DNA of 62,663 nt from Bacillota bacterium (GCA_023409615.1 JAEYRF010000163.1:1-62663), one strand, 5' to 3'. Positions 9,103-18,918 are shown, counted from the stretch's first letter. The notes: generated by a model not told the origin, from the letters alone. A program made the numbers and translations.

Positions 9103-10470
9103 TCAGTTAAAGTTTTCAGCCCAGATCGGATTAATTGCAGCTATGTATTCATCAGGTGAATACTGGCCTGTAAGAAGATAACTGTTAAGTGTTGAAATCT
9201 CAGCAGACATCTTCGTGTTATATGTAGCTGCCCATAATGATGGAACTTTGAGCTGTGCTGCATTGAACTGATCAAGGTTCTTCTGTGCTAATGGTGAAAT
9301 GCCTTCAATTGCTACGCCTGTATCAAGAGCTGTAATTGCCTTGTTCTCGATGTTGTAGAAAAGGGCATCCTGAACTGCGCAGAACATTGCGAACTGAGCA
9401 GCTACTTCCGGGTTTTCTGTCTGTGCTGATGCGAGATATCCGCTCAATGGAGCACCCCAGAACTGAATGGAAGCATTAGCATCATTTCCTTCTTTTGCTG
9501 AAGGCCAAACAATGAAATCTGTATCAGGTGATGTTGTCTCGAGGCCGGTTAATTCCCAGGTGAACATTGCCAGCATAGCTGAATTGCCGCCATTATACAT
9601 TTCCATAGCAGGACCGTAATCAATGTTAGTTACGCCATCAGCGAAAGCTCCTACCTGAGCGAGCTTCTGAATTCTTCCAAGAGCATTCTTAACCACAGGG
9701 TTACTGAAATCTGTCTTATTATTGACCAGATCAACTGCTACCTGAGGATCTTCAGCCATGATCATCGTCTGCAGCATATGAAGGTTCGGCGTCCAACCAT
9801 CTTTACCAACTATGGACATAGGAACAATACCTTTTCCCTTGAGGGTCTCACAAACTGCAACAAGTTCATCAAATGTCTTAGGTACTTCTACACCATTCTG
9901 TGCAAATATATCCTTGTGATACCACAGTCTTGGAGTAAAGTACTGGTCAGCACCCGGCTGTACACAATAAATTTTTCCATCTTTATCAGGTGCAATAACT
10001 TCTGCCATCTTGAACTTCTTGTCAAAACCAGAAGCTTTTACATACTGAGCCATATCTAATGCATTACCAGCAGATACTACTACACTGGAAAGGTTTTGCT
10101 CAGAGAACCATACGTCCGGCATGTCGCCTGATGCATTGTATGCTTTAAGCTTGTTAGCGTAATCCTGTCCGCCGCCGCCAAGATCGTATTCAACCTCGAC
10201 ATTTGGCATCTCTTTCGCAACATTTACTTTAATATATTTCTCACGGATATTGTTTCTGTTATCGTCGGTACTTAAAGAAAGGAATTTGATTTTCACTTTC
10301 TCAGCAACAGGAGCTTCCTCTTTAACTGGCTCAGCATCTTTTGTCTTTTCGACAACCGGTGCACTGGTGTCGCCTTTGTCTTCAACTTTCTCAGCCGCGC
10401 CGCATGCAGTCAAAGATATTATCATGACTAAAGCAATTACAATAGACATAATCTTTGCTAACTTATTCAT
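9103..10470 (-). CDS. ABC transporter extracellular sugar-binding lipoprotein (SBP family 1)
   Basis: Lipobox LTAC|GA after a hydrophobic signal, a Pro/Glu/Lys-rich linker, and length and composition typical of CUT1 SBPs. RBS GGGAGG. Confidence 0.85.
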   Translation of the reverse strand: MNKLAKIMSIVIALVMIISLTACGAAEKVEDKGDTSAPVVEKTKDAEPVKEEAPVAEKVKIKFLSLSTDDNRNNIREKYIKVNVAKEMPNVEVEYDLGGGGQDYANKLKAYNASGDMPDVWFSEQNLSSVVVSAGNALDMAQYVKASGFDKKFKMAEVIAPDKDGKIYCVQPGADQYFTPRLWYHKDIFAQNGVEVPKTFDELVAVCETLKGKGIVPMSIVGKDGWTPNLHMLQTMIMAEDPQVAVDLVNNKTDFSNPVVKNALGRIQKLAQVGAFADGVTNIDYGPAMEMYNGGNSAMLAMFTWELTGLETTSPDTDFIVWPSAKEGNDANASIQFWGAPLSGYLASAQTENPEVAAQFAMFCAVQDALFYNIENKAITALDTGVAIEGISPLAQKNLDQFNAAQLKVPSLWAATYNTKMSAEISTLNSYLLTGQYSPDEYIAAINPIWAENFN

Positions 10471-10539
10471 TATATGCCTCCCTATTATTTAGTTCGAGAT
10501 TCAATCCTTTCGAAAGGTTTCTGTAACTGTTACAGTTCG

Positions 10540-10567
10540 ATTATACAGCCACTGCTTATTATGACAA
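10540..10567 (-). promoter_or_regulatory. Promoter of the SBP-permease operon downstream of the two-component system
   Basis: On the minus strand: -35 TTGTCA (10562-10567), 16-nt spacer, -10 TATAAT (10540-10545). Flanked by the palindromes CAAAGA-N6-TCTTTG (10565-10582) and CTGTAAC-T-GTTACAG (10521-10535). Confidence 0.45.
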
Positions 10568-10630
10568 AGAGAATATTCTTTGTTGACAAGGAAAAATATT
10601 GGGTTTGGTAAAATAATGAATCATTATATG

Positions 10631-12256
10631 CTACTGTTGGATATTCTCAATATATTTACTGGGCGCAAGCCCGTAAAATTTCTTAAAGCATTTGCCAAAA
10701 TAGTTTGCATCCGCATATCCTACTTTCGATGCAACATTAAGCACAAGGGTATCGCCATTATCAAAAAACTCTTTTGACTTTTTTATTCTGAACTCAGTCA
10801 AATATTCATTTATTGTAACGCCTGTATCCCTTTTAAAGATAAAACAAAGGTGTGCATAATTAACAAACAGCTTTTTTGCCATTTCATCAATACTGAGGCT
10901 ATCGTTCTGATAGTTAGTTTCAATATAATTCTTTACTTCATCAATAAGCTTTGATACCTTTGAGTTTCTGCTCTTTTGGGTCAGCTCCATTGTAAGCCTG
11001 TAAATCTCTTCGATCCAACTTTCCATTTCATCAATGGAACCCTTTGACTGAAGCTCTTCAATAATATTTATCCTGTTGTTCGGCAAAATATCATTGAAGC
11101 TAAGCCCGGTTTCCACAATATACTCAAGGCATACGGCCACCAGTTCAATACATACAACGAAAATAATCTCATGATGTATGTTTTCACTGCGCATCTCACT
11201 AAATATCTGCCCGATCAGCTTTTGCACTTCTGTCTCATCTGCTGTACGCAAATCCAATAAAAGCCGGCTTCTATGCTCACCTGTAAACAGGTTGCTTTTA
11301 ATGGTGGAATCGGAAACCGTGCTGTATGGGATGACTTTGTTTTTCCCTACGGTAAGTTTATTCTTTAGTGCTACTATAGCTTCTTTATAAGAAGCATGGA
11401 TGTCAAATAAATCATTTTTAATGTTGCCGGCACCTATGGTTACTGTGAAACTCAAATGCTTCTGAACAGCATTTTTAATCATTTCCAGCCGGTTGTACAA
11501 AAACTGGCTGGTATCACAATTGTCTTCCGTTTCTTTTAGTCCGATAATAATACATATCCTGTCGTCCGTATCATAACACATGTCAAAAACATACTGCTCC
11601 GATAAAACTTCACCTGCAATATTTGACACTGCAAATTTCCATAGCTGTCTGTCCTCATCACTCCAGCCGAGACTTTCTTCATACTCTAATTCAATAGCAA
11701 CGACCTGATAATATTCTGAATCTATATTAATATTCAGGTATTCCATCTTTTTCATTGCTTCATTTCTGCTTCGTATTATGCTCCCTTGAATAATCTCGTT
11801 TAGCAGTTTATCCTTCAACAAAGGCAAGCTGTCCTTCAACTGCTTTCTTAGTCTGCCAATCTCAATTTTTGTGCTCGTTTCTATTTCAATGATTTTCTTT
11901 ACTTCATTCAGTGATTTGATAATCTCTTCGTCATCTACAGGCTTTAATATGTAATTATTCACGCCAAGCTTAACAGCCTGTTTAGCATAGTTAAACTCAT
12001 TGTGCCCGGTCAGTATTATAATTTTACTGTTGATTCCCATTTCATTTACATTCCTGACAAATTCCAAACCATCCATGATAGGCATATTAATATCTACAAG
12101 CATAATATCAGGATTGAGCTTTATAGCCTTTTCCAGAGCATCCTTCCCGTTTTTTGCCTCTGCGCAAACTTCAAAGCCAAGCTCATTCCATGGAATGGAT
12201 ACCTTTAATGCTTCTCTGAAATAGAACTCATCGTCTATAATCATTATCTTCAACAT
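10631..12256 (-). CDS. Response regulator with AraC-type HTH output (YesN-like)
   Basis: Receiver motifs IMIIDDE and VDINMPIMDG, and a C-terminal AraC HTH (YADANYFGKCFKKFYGLAPSKY). The ATG at 12256 is preceded by GGGGTGA; the tracked GTG at 12265 is less likely. Confidence 0.9.
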   Translation of the reverse strand: MLKIMIIDDEFYFREALKVSIPWNELGFEVCAEAKNGKDALEKAIKLNPDIMLVDINMPIMDGLEFVRNVNEMGINSKIIILTGHNEFNYAKQAVKLGVNNYILKPVDDEEIIKSLNEVKKIIEIETSTKIEIGRLRKQLKDSLPLLKDKLLNEIIQGSIIRSRNEAMKKMEYLNINIDSEYYQVVAIELEYEESLGWSDEDRQLWKFAVSNIAGEVLSEQYVFDMCYDTDDRICIIIGLKETEDNCDTSQFLYNRLEMIKNAVQKHLSFTVTIGAGNIKNDLFDIHASYKEAIVALKNKLTVGKNKVIPYSTVSDSTIKSNLFTGEHRSRLLLDLRTADETEVQKLIGQIFSEMRSENIHHEIIFVVCIELVAVCLEYIVETGLSFNDILPNNRINIIEELQSKGSIDEMESWIEEIYRLTMELTQKSRNSKVSKLIDEVKNYIETNYQNDSLSIDEMAKKLFVNYAHLCFIFKRDTGVTINEYLTEFRIKKSKEFFDNGDTLVLNVASKVGYADANYFGKCFKKFYGLAPSKYIENIQQ

Positions 12257-12267
12257 ACTTTTCACCC

Positions 12268-14073
12268 CTATAACGTTACTGCCGGCAATCTGACAATAAC
12301 TCTGGTATATTCCGCAACCTTGCTCTCTATACGCAATCCATATTCATCACCATATAAAAGTTTCAATCTGGAATCAACACTCTGGACACCGAAATCAGTA
12401 CTCTTTTGCTCGTCATACTGCCTGTGCAGAACACTTACGATTTGTTCTTCGCTCATACCCACACCATCGTCAAAAACCTCTATATTAATCACATCCTGCT
12501 CAAAGTATCCTCTTATAATAAGGATGCCTTTGTCTTCTTTCTGCTTCAAACCATGGTAAATGGAATTTTCCACAAGGGGTTGCAATGTTAGTTTCGGAAT
12601 CTGATACTCCAATATCTTCTCATCAAATTCAAGACGGTAATCCAAATACTCAACATATCTAAGCTTCTGTATTGATAAATAGTTGTCAATCAGGCTCATT
12701 TCATCCCTGATCGTTATTATATCGTTACCCTTACTCAGAGAAATTCGATAGAATCCTGCAAGGTACCTTGCCGCCATCACTGCATTGTCCTTCAGATCCA
12801 GCTTGATAAAAGATATAATCGTTTCGATAGTATTATATAAAAAATGAGGCTTAATTTGCGATTGAAGAAGCTTAAATTCATTTTTTCGTTTGGCCTTCTG
12901 TTCCTTATAAATCTGTTCCAGAAGCCCATTTATTTTATCCATCAAGCTGTTAAACCCATCCGCAAGCATCCCGATCTCACCGGTAGCATTCAGGTCAGCT
13001 CTCAGCTTCAGATCACCGGATTTGATCTCCTTCATAACATTTGCAAGCTTTAATATTGGTCTTGATATCATATAAGATATTATATATGAGGCAATAAATG
13101 CACATATAAGACAAGCTGAGCCGAATATGACAATGAGTTTTGTCATTCCTTTGTTTTCATTTGTAATCTCATCCAAGGGAATGACGCTGATAATTTTCCA
13201 ATTCGGCTTCTTAAAATCCTGAACGGTTACCATCGTCTGTGTTCCTTCTATACTTCTGATAATACTCTTAATGTCAGAGGCCTCGTCAAGACTATATCCT
13301 CCAAGATACTTCTCCTCATCAAACTTATTATACAATTCACTCTTGTCCTGAGTGGATATGATATTCCCATCACCATCTACTAAAAAGAATTTGTCATTCT
13401 TGTTCACAATATTCTCAAGGTATATTGCTGCGACATCCTCTTCATTCAGGTACAGAATCGCTGTTCCTAAAATATGACCCGTATCCATTCCTATAATAGT
13501 TTTTGCTATGGCAAAAGCATTCTCAGTTCCACCTGTAGTATATTTTATTGGAAACAATCCGACCCAGGTCGGCACCTTTTTTTCTGTAATTATATTGATC
13601 TGGCTGCTGTCAAAGATCGAGCGAATACTTGAGTTATCAACATATCCTATATTAAAAAACCTCTGCTTTGATGAAATAATACTTGCTGCAGCTATATTGG
13701 TAACAGGCTGTGCAAAATTGCTTACCACTCTCGATAATGTTTTTTCCAGCTCCAAATCGTCAACACTGCCAAGTTCGTTGTTTTCTATCCGTTCCAGCTG
13801 TGTTTGCAGTCTATGATCCAAAGAAAGCATTCTTGCATAGTTTTCAGTATTCCTGGTTAAATTCAACAAACTCCTGTCAATCAGAGACAATTCTCTTACT
13901 GCATTTTTTGTGGCCTTATCCAGGATCGCCTGATTGGATATCTTGATTGTTAATATTGCAAACACAGATAAAGAGGCTAAAAGAATGGCTGCATTGAAAA
14001 TAAATATCCTGCTTTTCAGAGGAATATTTCTGTATAGCGATACAAAATATTGCACCTGTTTTTTTATTTTCAT
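12268..14073 (-). CDS. Sensor histidine kinase (YesM-like; HAMP + His_kinase + HATPase_c)
   Basis: Two TM segments flank a ~270-aa extracytoplasmic domain. H-box region QIKPHFLYNTIETI and ATPase box FDDGVGM are present. Confidence 0.9.
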   Translation of the reverse strand: MKIKKQVQYFVSLYRNIPLKSRIFIFNAAILLASLSVFAILTIKISNQAILDKATKNAVRELSLIDRSLLNLTRNTENYARMLSLDHRLQTQLERIENNELGSVDDLELEKTLSRVVSNFAQPVTNIAAASIISSKQRFFNIGYVDNSSIRSIFDSSQINIITEKKVPTWVGLFPIKYTTGGTENAFAIAKTIIGMDTGHILGTAILYLNEEDVAAIYLENIVNKNDKFFLVDGDGNIISTQDKSELYNKFDEEKYLGGYSLDEASDIKSIIRSIEGTQTMVTVQDFKKPNWKIISVIPLDEITNENKGMTKLIVIFGSACLICAFIASYIISYMISRPILKLANVMKEIKSGDLKLRADLNATGEIGMLADGFNSLMDKINGLLEQIYKEQKAKRKNEFKLLQSQIKPHFLYNTIETIISFIKLDLKDNAVMAARYLAGFYRISLSKGNDIITIRDEMSLIDNYLSIQKLRYVEYLDYRLEFDEKILEYQIPKLTLQPLVENSIYHGLKQKEDKGILIIRGYFEQDVINIEVFDDGVGMSEEQIVSVLHRQYDEQKSTDFGVQSVDSRLKLLYGDEYGLRIESKVAEYTRVIVRLPAVTL

Positions 14074-14142
14074 CGCACGATCCCTTTATTATAAATCTAG
14101 TAGGTTTAATTGCATTTGCTCCTACTATTCTACCATAAAGTG

Positions 14143-16149
14143 TCATGATTCGAAAGAAAACTCTTTTATGATCTGGTCTTCTGCGTCCCAATAATCTCCC
14201 GCCAGACCATCCAATATAGCGCCTATCGCCCAGGGCATCAGGCAGAACCATGTCGTAGCAAGTGAACCATCATTATATGTTTCGTATACCAACCCCTCGG
14301 AATAACAGTACCGCTCCGACATCCAACCCTTTTTCCCAAAGTCAAATTCTCCATCATATGTGTTATGGTTTTGACAACTCCAACGGACTGTATCCAATAA
14401 ACGATCCCGTATATACTCATCAGCACTATGCTCCACATAGTACAACAGCTCTCCGATAATATTGCTTGACATAGGGTGAATATGAGGATTGGAGACGGAG
14501 GTTACGCTTCCGCCGCAACTTGACCAACCCAGTTTGGAAAGAGGCGGTAGTTTTATTGGAGAATTGTAACAGAATTTGAAGGAGAACTCATAGTGGATTG
14601 CATCTTTCATATGCTCCAAATACTGCTTATCCTGTGTTAACTCATGAATAAACCGAACAGCTTTTATATAGGCAAGGATCCCTTCAGAGTCTATTGTCTT
14701 ACAGGTGTCAAGAGGAGCGCCATAGCACTCCATATGGCGCACATAAGTATTGTAATAATGCGCTTCGCTTCTCTTCAAGCTTTCCAGGTAGGAAATATCA
14801 TCGTTCAACCAGCAGTAGTATGCAACGGCAGCCATACACCACACACCACTGAAGGAATCATAATCAATACCCGCACCGGTTTTTCCGGAGAATATGTATG
14901 GATACTCGTCATCAGAATTTTTTGTTCTTTCCACCTTATCCAGAATCTCTTTCACAAAGCAAAGCCATTCAGTATGAATACATCCTGTAAACCGCTTTTC
15001 GAATTCGTATGCTTTCAGAATATAAAACAATGCCTGTCCACATAGATAGGAACTGTGTCCAGGTGTGGGAAGCACATCAAACCACCACCCATTATTATTC
15101 CATTTTCCGTCGCTGCATGCATCATATGGTAGCCCTGAATTCGGATTCATAGAGTTATCTATAATATTACATATACAGGATAACGCTTGCTGGCGCATGG
15201 AATCATCACCAATGCGAATAGCAGCCATCAGCATGGGAACAGCTACAGATAATCCATTAGTCCAGCTCAGAGACAGTATTTTGTTCAACCGTATGCCTCC
15301 TGTGTTTCTATCTTCAAACACCTGTCCGGCGTAGCTTAAATCCTTCGGAAGCCATGCGTCCTCATGAACAGCTCGGGCCAAATCAGATACAGTTGTATAA
15401 ATATCACCGATTCCTCTTGGCTGTTGGTGGAACTCATAGTAAACTGTCTGAATCGCTTTGTTGACATCCAATTCCGATTTAGCATCATAATCAAACAGTT
15501 TTAGAGATAGCTCTATTGTTTCTCCCTGCTGTAGTTCAAAACAATTATCCCCCAACGGCGATCTCTCCATGATTCTATATGCATTAATAAACATCTGCGG
15601 CGCATTTTCATACCCCAGCGTATATCCTAAAGTTCCCTTGTCAATGGAACAAGAATAACCGGAATATTGATAGAACTCTCCCTCGTCGCCAGGCATCCAT
15701 TGTTGCTTAATTCCATTACGATATATAAAATAGGGACTTGCAGACAGACCCGTAATTCTATCTGTATTAAAAACTAAAGCTGCCGGATGCGATAAACGGT
15801 CAGATCTCATCATCCACCATGGGGATGATGGACGTGATGGGCTTCCCTCCCTCAATCTTGGAAACTGGACCGGAACATTTTGTGGAGCTTCACCACGGTT
15901 CCTGCCGTATAAAAATGCCGGCAAGAAAAAACGAGGGTTCTGTTGGCGAAATGGTAGTTCAATATGAATTACGCCTGACCATATTGAATTATTTAAATTT
16001 GATATACCAATCTTTATTTGATAGGGGTTTTCTGAACTTCCATCTCCTCCTAGCAACTGCATTTTTTTTTGCAAGCCGTGGTCCTCTAATGGTAAATAAT
16101 CTGTAGTAACGCCTGCTTTACTTCGTGCAGTCAGATTTAGTTTCATCAT
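14143..16149 (-). CDS. Uncharacterised cytoplasmic protein, 668 aa, function unknown (glycoside-hydrolase-like context)
   Basis: Long ORF with RBS AGGAGTG and no signal peptide. It is Trp/Cys/Tyr-rich (NNNGWWFDV, WCMAAVAYYCW, GWSSCGGSV). It starts 33 nt downstream of the GH31 gene, and a truncated paralogue lies at 26931-28165. I recognised no catalytic family motif. Confidence 0.75.
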   Translation of the reverse strand: MMKLNLTARSKAGVTTDYLPLEDHGLQKKMQLLGGDGSSENPYQIKIGISNLNNSIWSGVIHIELPFRQQNPRFFLPAFLYGRNRGEAPQNVPVQFPRLREGSPSRPSSPWWMMRSDRLSHPAALVFNTDRITGLSASPYFIYRNGIKQQWMPGDEGEFYQYSGYSCSIDKGTLGYTLGYENAPQMFINAYRIMERSPLGDNCFELQQGETIELSLKLFDYDAKSELDVNKAIQTVYYEFHQQPRGIGDIYTTVSDLARAVHEDAWLPKDLSYAGQVFEDRNTGGIRLNKILSLSWTNGLSVAVPMLMAAIRIGDDSMRQQALSCICNIIDNSMNPNSGLPYDACSDGKWNNNGWWFDVLPTPGHSSYLCGQALFYILKAYEFEKRFTGCIHTEWLCFVKEILDKVERTKNSDDEYPYIFSGKTGAGIDYDSFSGVWCMAAVAYYCWLNDDISYLESLKRSEAHYYNTYVRHMECYGAPLDTCKTIDSEGILAYIKAVRFIHELTQDKQYLEHMKDAIHYEFSFKFCYNSPIKLPPLSKLGWSSCGGSVTSVSNPHIHPMSSNIIGELLYYVEHSADEYIRDRLLDTVRWSCQNHNTYDGEFDFGKKGWMSERYCYSEGLVYETYNDGSLATTWFCLMPWAIGAILDGLAGDYWDAEDQIIKEFSFES

Positions 16150-16182
16150 TCAAATCACTCCTATGTTCTTTTCCTTTATGGG

Positions 16183-18534
16183 TTATAGTCTTATCGCTTC
16201 CTCATTCCCCTTGTATGAAAAATCAGTAGATTTTGGGTCTTTCCCGCTTTCAATCAGTGTGATCTTAAATTGCTCCTGGTACTTGTATTTACCACGTGAC
16301 TTTCCAAATAGCAATGTTTTCGAATGGCCATTGTAGCTGAGAGGAATCATCGAATAGTTGCCATTTTCATAAGAATAATTGTCTCCCTCGTCATTATATA
16401 GAGTAAACTCTCCGTCCTGTCCGCCGTAAATAACGACTTCCGAAATCTCTCCTTTTTTTTCATCCGCATACATAAGAGGCTCGGATACCGGAATAATAGA
16501 ACCCGCCTTCACAAAAAGCGGAAGGATATCCAGTGTTGCTTTACAAGTCACAGTCTGACCGCCTTCATAGAAAGTATTTGTCCAGAAATCATACCAGCCG
16601 GCACCTTTGGGCAAGTACACCTGCTTTGTCTTCTCAGTATTCGAAAGCAGCTCACTGTTTGCTTCATAATACATAGGTTCAGTCACCGGGCAGACAAGAA
16701 ATGCTCTTCCAAACATGAAGCTGTCGCTTGATTCTTTCACATTCTCATCCTGTGCAAAATCAAACAGCAAACTTCGCATTATTGTAGTATTGCTTTGATA
16801 TACCGCCGCCGCTGTCGAATATATATAAGGAAGAATCCGATACCGCAATTTTATGAATTTGAGGATCGTATCATAAAATATGTCTCCCGGGCTCCCAAAA
16901 TTCCAGGGTTCCCGTGGCGTATCTGTGCCATGAGAACGGAACATGGGAAGAAAAGCACCAAGCTGAAGCCATCTGACATAAAGCTCCCTGTATCCGGCAT
17001 CATTTACGCCTTCATTGTAATCGCCATCCCAGAACCATAATTTATTTGTAGTTTCACTGCAATTGCAGCCTCTGTTTTTATATTTATCCTTCACTGTAAA
17101 AAATGCGCCTATATCTAATGTCCAGTACGGTATACCGCTCATGGAGATTTTTATACCCTCAGCGATCTGCCTTCTTAAAGTCGACCAATTAGCACTAATG
17201 TCTCCGGACCAAAGAACCGTCCCATATCTTTGCCCTGAGATGTAGGACGAACGTGTTAGATTTGTAACACGCTTTTCATTATTGGTTTTGCGCCAGTTCT
17301 CATAAATACCCTTCGCATGGTAGAGTCCGTAAGAATTTACTCGTGTCCAGTCCATGTGTATTTTTGATTCCTCAATGATCAATTGGTGACGCAGTTCATC
17401 GGGCCTTTTTGTCTCTCCGTTCCAATCGACATCCGAAAACGGCTCAGCATTATCACACCACCATGCATCTGCACCTGCCGAGAACCATTCCTCCTGGCAT
17501 TGTTTCCAGTAAACTTCCCTTCCGTCTTCATCGTAAGCATTATAAGTAGTTGAATTGGGTAACAGCAGTCCCTTTTCCTTCATTTCTTTGAGGTTGCTGC
17601 CACCTTCCGCCATGTTAGGCCAAATTGAGACCATAAGCTTGACCTTCTCTTCATGAAGCCTGTCAACAAGCCCCTTTAAGTCAGGGTATCTCTTTTTATC
17701 AACACGTTTTTCTCCCCATAGTCCCTCTTCCCAGGTAAACCAATCCTGTACGATACAATCGATTGGAATGCCGTATTCTCGAAACTCTGATACGGTACTG
17801 ATCAGGTCTTCGGAGGAATTATACCGTTCCTTGGACTGAACATAGCCAAAGGTCCATCTCGGCAGCATAGGCGCCCTTCCTGTAAGAGACCTCAGATCAC
17901 TGATTATTTCCTCAAAGTTACTTCCTGTAATGACATAGTAGGAGAGCTCATTTGTCGTATCAATTGTAAATGTCATTTTTCCATGCTTACAGTCAAATAT
18001 GACAGCACTTTCTGTATCGATCAGGATACCGTAATTTCTGGACGACAGTAAAAAGGGAACAGAAATCTTCATGTTTGTTTGAAACAGATACTCTTGCTTG
18101 CCATTGTAATTATATATACCATCCTCATGTTGACCTAACCCGTAAATACCCTCATCTTCCGTTACAGAAAAAACAATTTTCCCTTCATATGCCGTACCGG
18201 CAAATTCCTCAACGGCATTTTCAATATAAGCCACCTGACCGTTCGCTGTCTGCTTATATTTGACCACCGGCTCCCCGTCAACAAAATACCGATATATCTT
18301 CTTTTCCGCTAAACCATGTCCAGTTTCTTTTAAAATAACTTCCCCCTGTATACTTTTGAAAAAGATGCAATCATCTTTAAGCAGGTATTGGCCGGATTCA
18401 ATAGTGTCCTGCGGCTTAAAATCATCCGCAATAAGAATACTGTTATCAGGAACGTTTGTGCTGTGGCTATACACAACTCTTGTAATATTTTCCGTAACCG
18501 GAATAATGTGAGCAAACAATGAAGATTTTTTCAT
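16183..18534 (-). CDS. GH31 family alpha-glycosidase (alpha-xylosidase/alpha-glucosidase type), copy 1
   Basis: GH31 signatures PRWTFGYVQSKERY, KLMVSIWPN, DAWWCDNAEPF (nucleophile region) and FRSHG. No signal peptide. Confidence 0.85.
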   Translation of the reverse strand: MKKSSLFAHIIPVTENITRVVYSHSTNVPDNSILIADDFKPQDTIESGQYLLKDDCIFFKSIQGEVILKETGHGLAEKKIYRYFVDGEPVVKYKQTANGQVAYIENAVEEFAGTAYEGKIVFSVTEDEGIYGLGQHEDGIYNYNGKQEYLFQTNMKISVPFLLSSRNYGILIDTESAVIFDCKHGKMTFTIDTTNELSYYVITGSNFEEIISDLRSLTGRAPMLPRWTFGYVQSKERYNSSEDLISTVSEFREYGIPIDCIVQDWFTWEEGLWGEKRVDKKRYPDLKGLVDRLHEEKVKLMVSIWPNMAEGGSNLKEMKEKGLLLPNSTTYNAYDEDGREVYWKQCQEEWFSAGADAWWCDNAEPFSDVDWNGETKRPDELRHQLIIEESKIHMDWTRVNSYGLYHAKGIYENWRKTNNEKRVTNLTRSSYISGQRYGTVLWSGDISANWSTLRRQIAEGIKISMSGIPYWTLDIGAFFTVKDKYKNRGCNCSETTNKLWFWDGDYNEGVNDAGYRELYVRWLQLGAFLPMFRSHGTDTPREPWNFGSPGDIFYDTILKFIKLRYRILPYIYSTAAAVYQSNTTIMRSLLFDFAQDENVKESSDSFMFGRAFLVCPVTEPMYYEANSELLSNTEKTKQVYLPKGAGWYDFWTNTFYEGGQTVTCKATLDILPLFVKAGSIIPVSEPLMYADEKKGEISEVVIYGGQDGEFTLYNDEGDNYSYENGNYSMIPLSYNGHSKTLLFGKSRGKYKYQEQFKITLIESGKDPKSTDFSYKGNEEAIRL

Positions 18535-18628
18535 CTTGGCATCCTTTCCAATCGCTCTAGTTAATGCGAAATGCTGCTGTACAAGAAACGGTATATGGTA
18601 ATATTATATTACTGTTTTCTTACGTATA

Positions 18629-18662
18629 CTTGCATAATATTAACAGATTATAATATTATTTT
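18629..18662 (-). promoter_or_regulatory. Promoter-proximal conserved motif (copy A) upstream of GH31 copy 1
   Basis: 29 of 34 nt are identical to 36982-37015. On the minus strand it contains TATAAT (plus-strand 18647-18652) followed by CTGTTAATATTATGCAAG. Confidence 0.45.
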
Positions 18663-18872
18663 AACATCGTTTTTCAAGCTGTGAGTAAATTTTGTTATAT
18701 GAAAAACCGGTATTATTGATTACTATAATGATACCATAAAACAAGACAGACAAACTCCTGTGCTGTGAAGATATAGGCTTTAGGATCGTTCAGCAGAACC
18801 GGGGAAATCGATGTGCCATACTTCATAGTCATTCGTCCTTTCTCATCCATAGATGTTTCATATGTATTGCCG

Positions 18873-18918
18873 CAAAAAATAATGCTACTACTTATTCCAC
18901 ATAATAAATAGTAGCATT
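18873..18918 (-). terminator. Rho-independent terminator after the GH42 gene
   Basis: Stem AATGCTACTACTTATT (18881-18896) / AATAAATAGTAGCATT (18903-18918) with 1-2 mismatches, and a T run on the minus strand (plus-strand A run 18874-18880). Confidence 0.65.

Noticed and set aside
14098-14127. Hairpin TAGTAGG-N16-CCTACTA between the 668-aa gene and the histidine kinase gene, considered as a terminator.
   Set aside because: It has only a 7-bp stem with a large loop and no U tract. This is too weak to call.
16062-16070. A9 (plus-strand T9) homopolymer inside the 668-aa gene, and an A8 tract at ~16453-16460 in GH31, considered as phase-variation switches.
   Set aside because: Both are in frame and encode Lys-Lys. 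The paralogous copies have non-homopolymeric sequence at the same sites. Tracts of 8-9 A are common in low-GC genomes, and there is no evidence of length variation from a single sequence.
18710-18832. 40-codon minus-strand ORF (MTMKYGTSISPVLLNDPKAYIFTAQEFVCLVLWYHYSNQ) with an AAAGGA RBS in the GH42-GH31 spacer.
   Set aside because: It is too short and has no recognisable motif. It could be a gene-start remnant or a chance ORF. It cannot be supported without homology or expression data.
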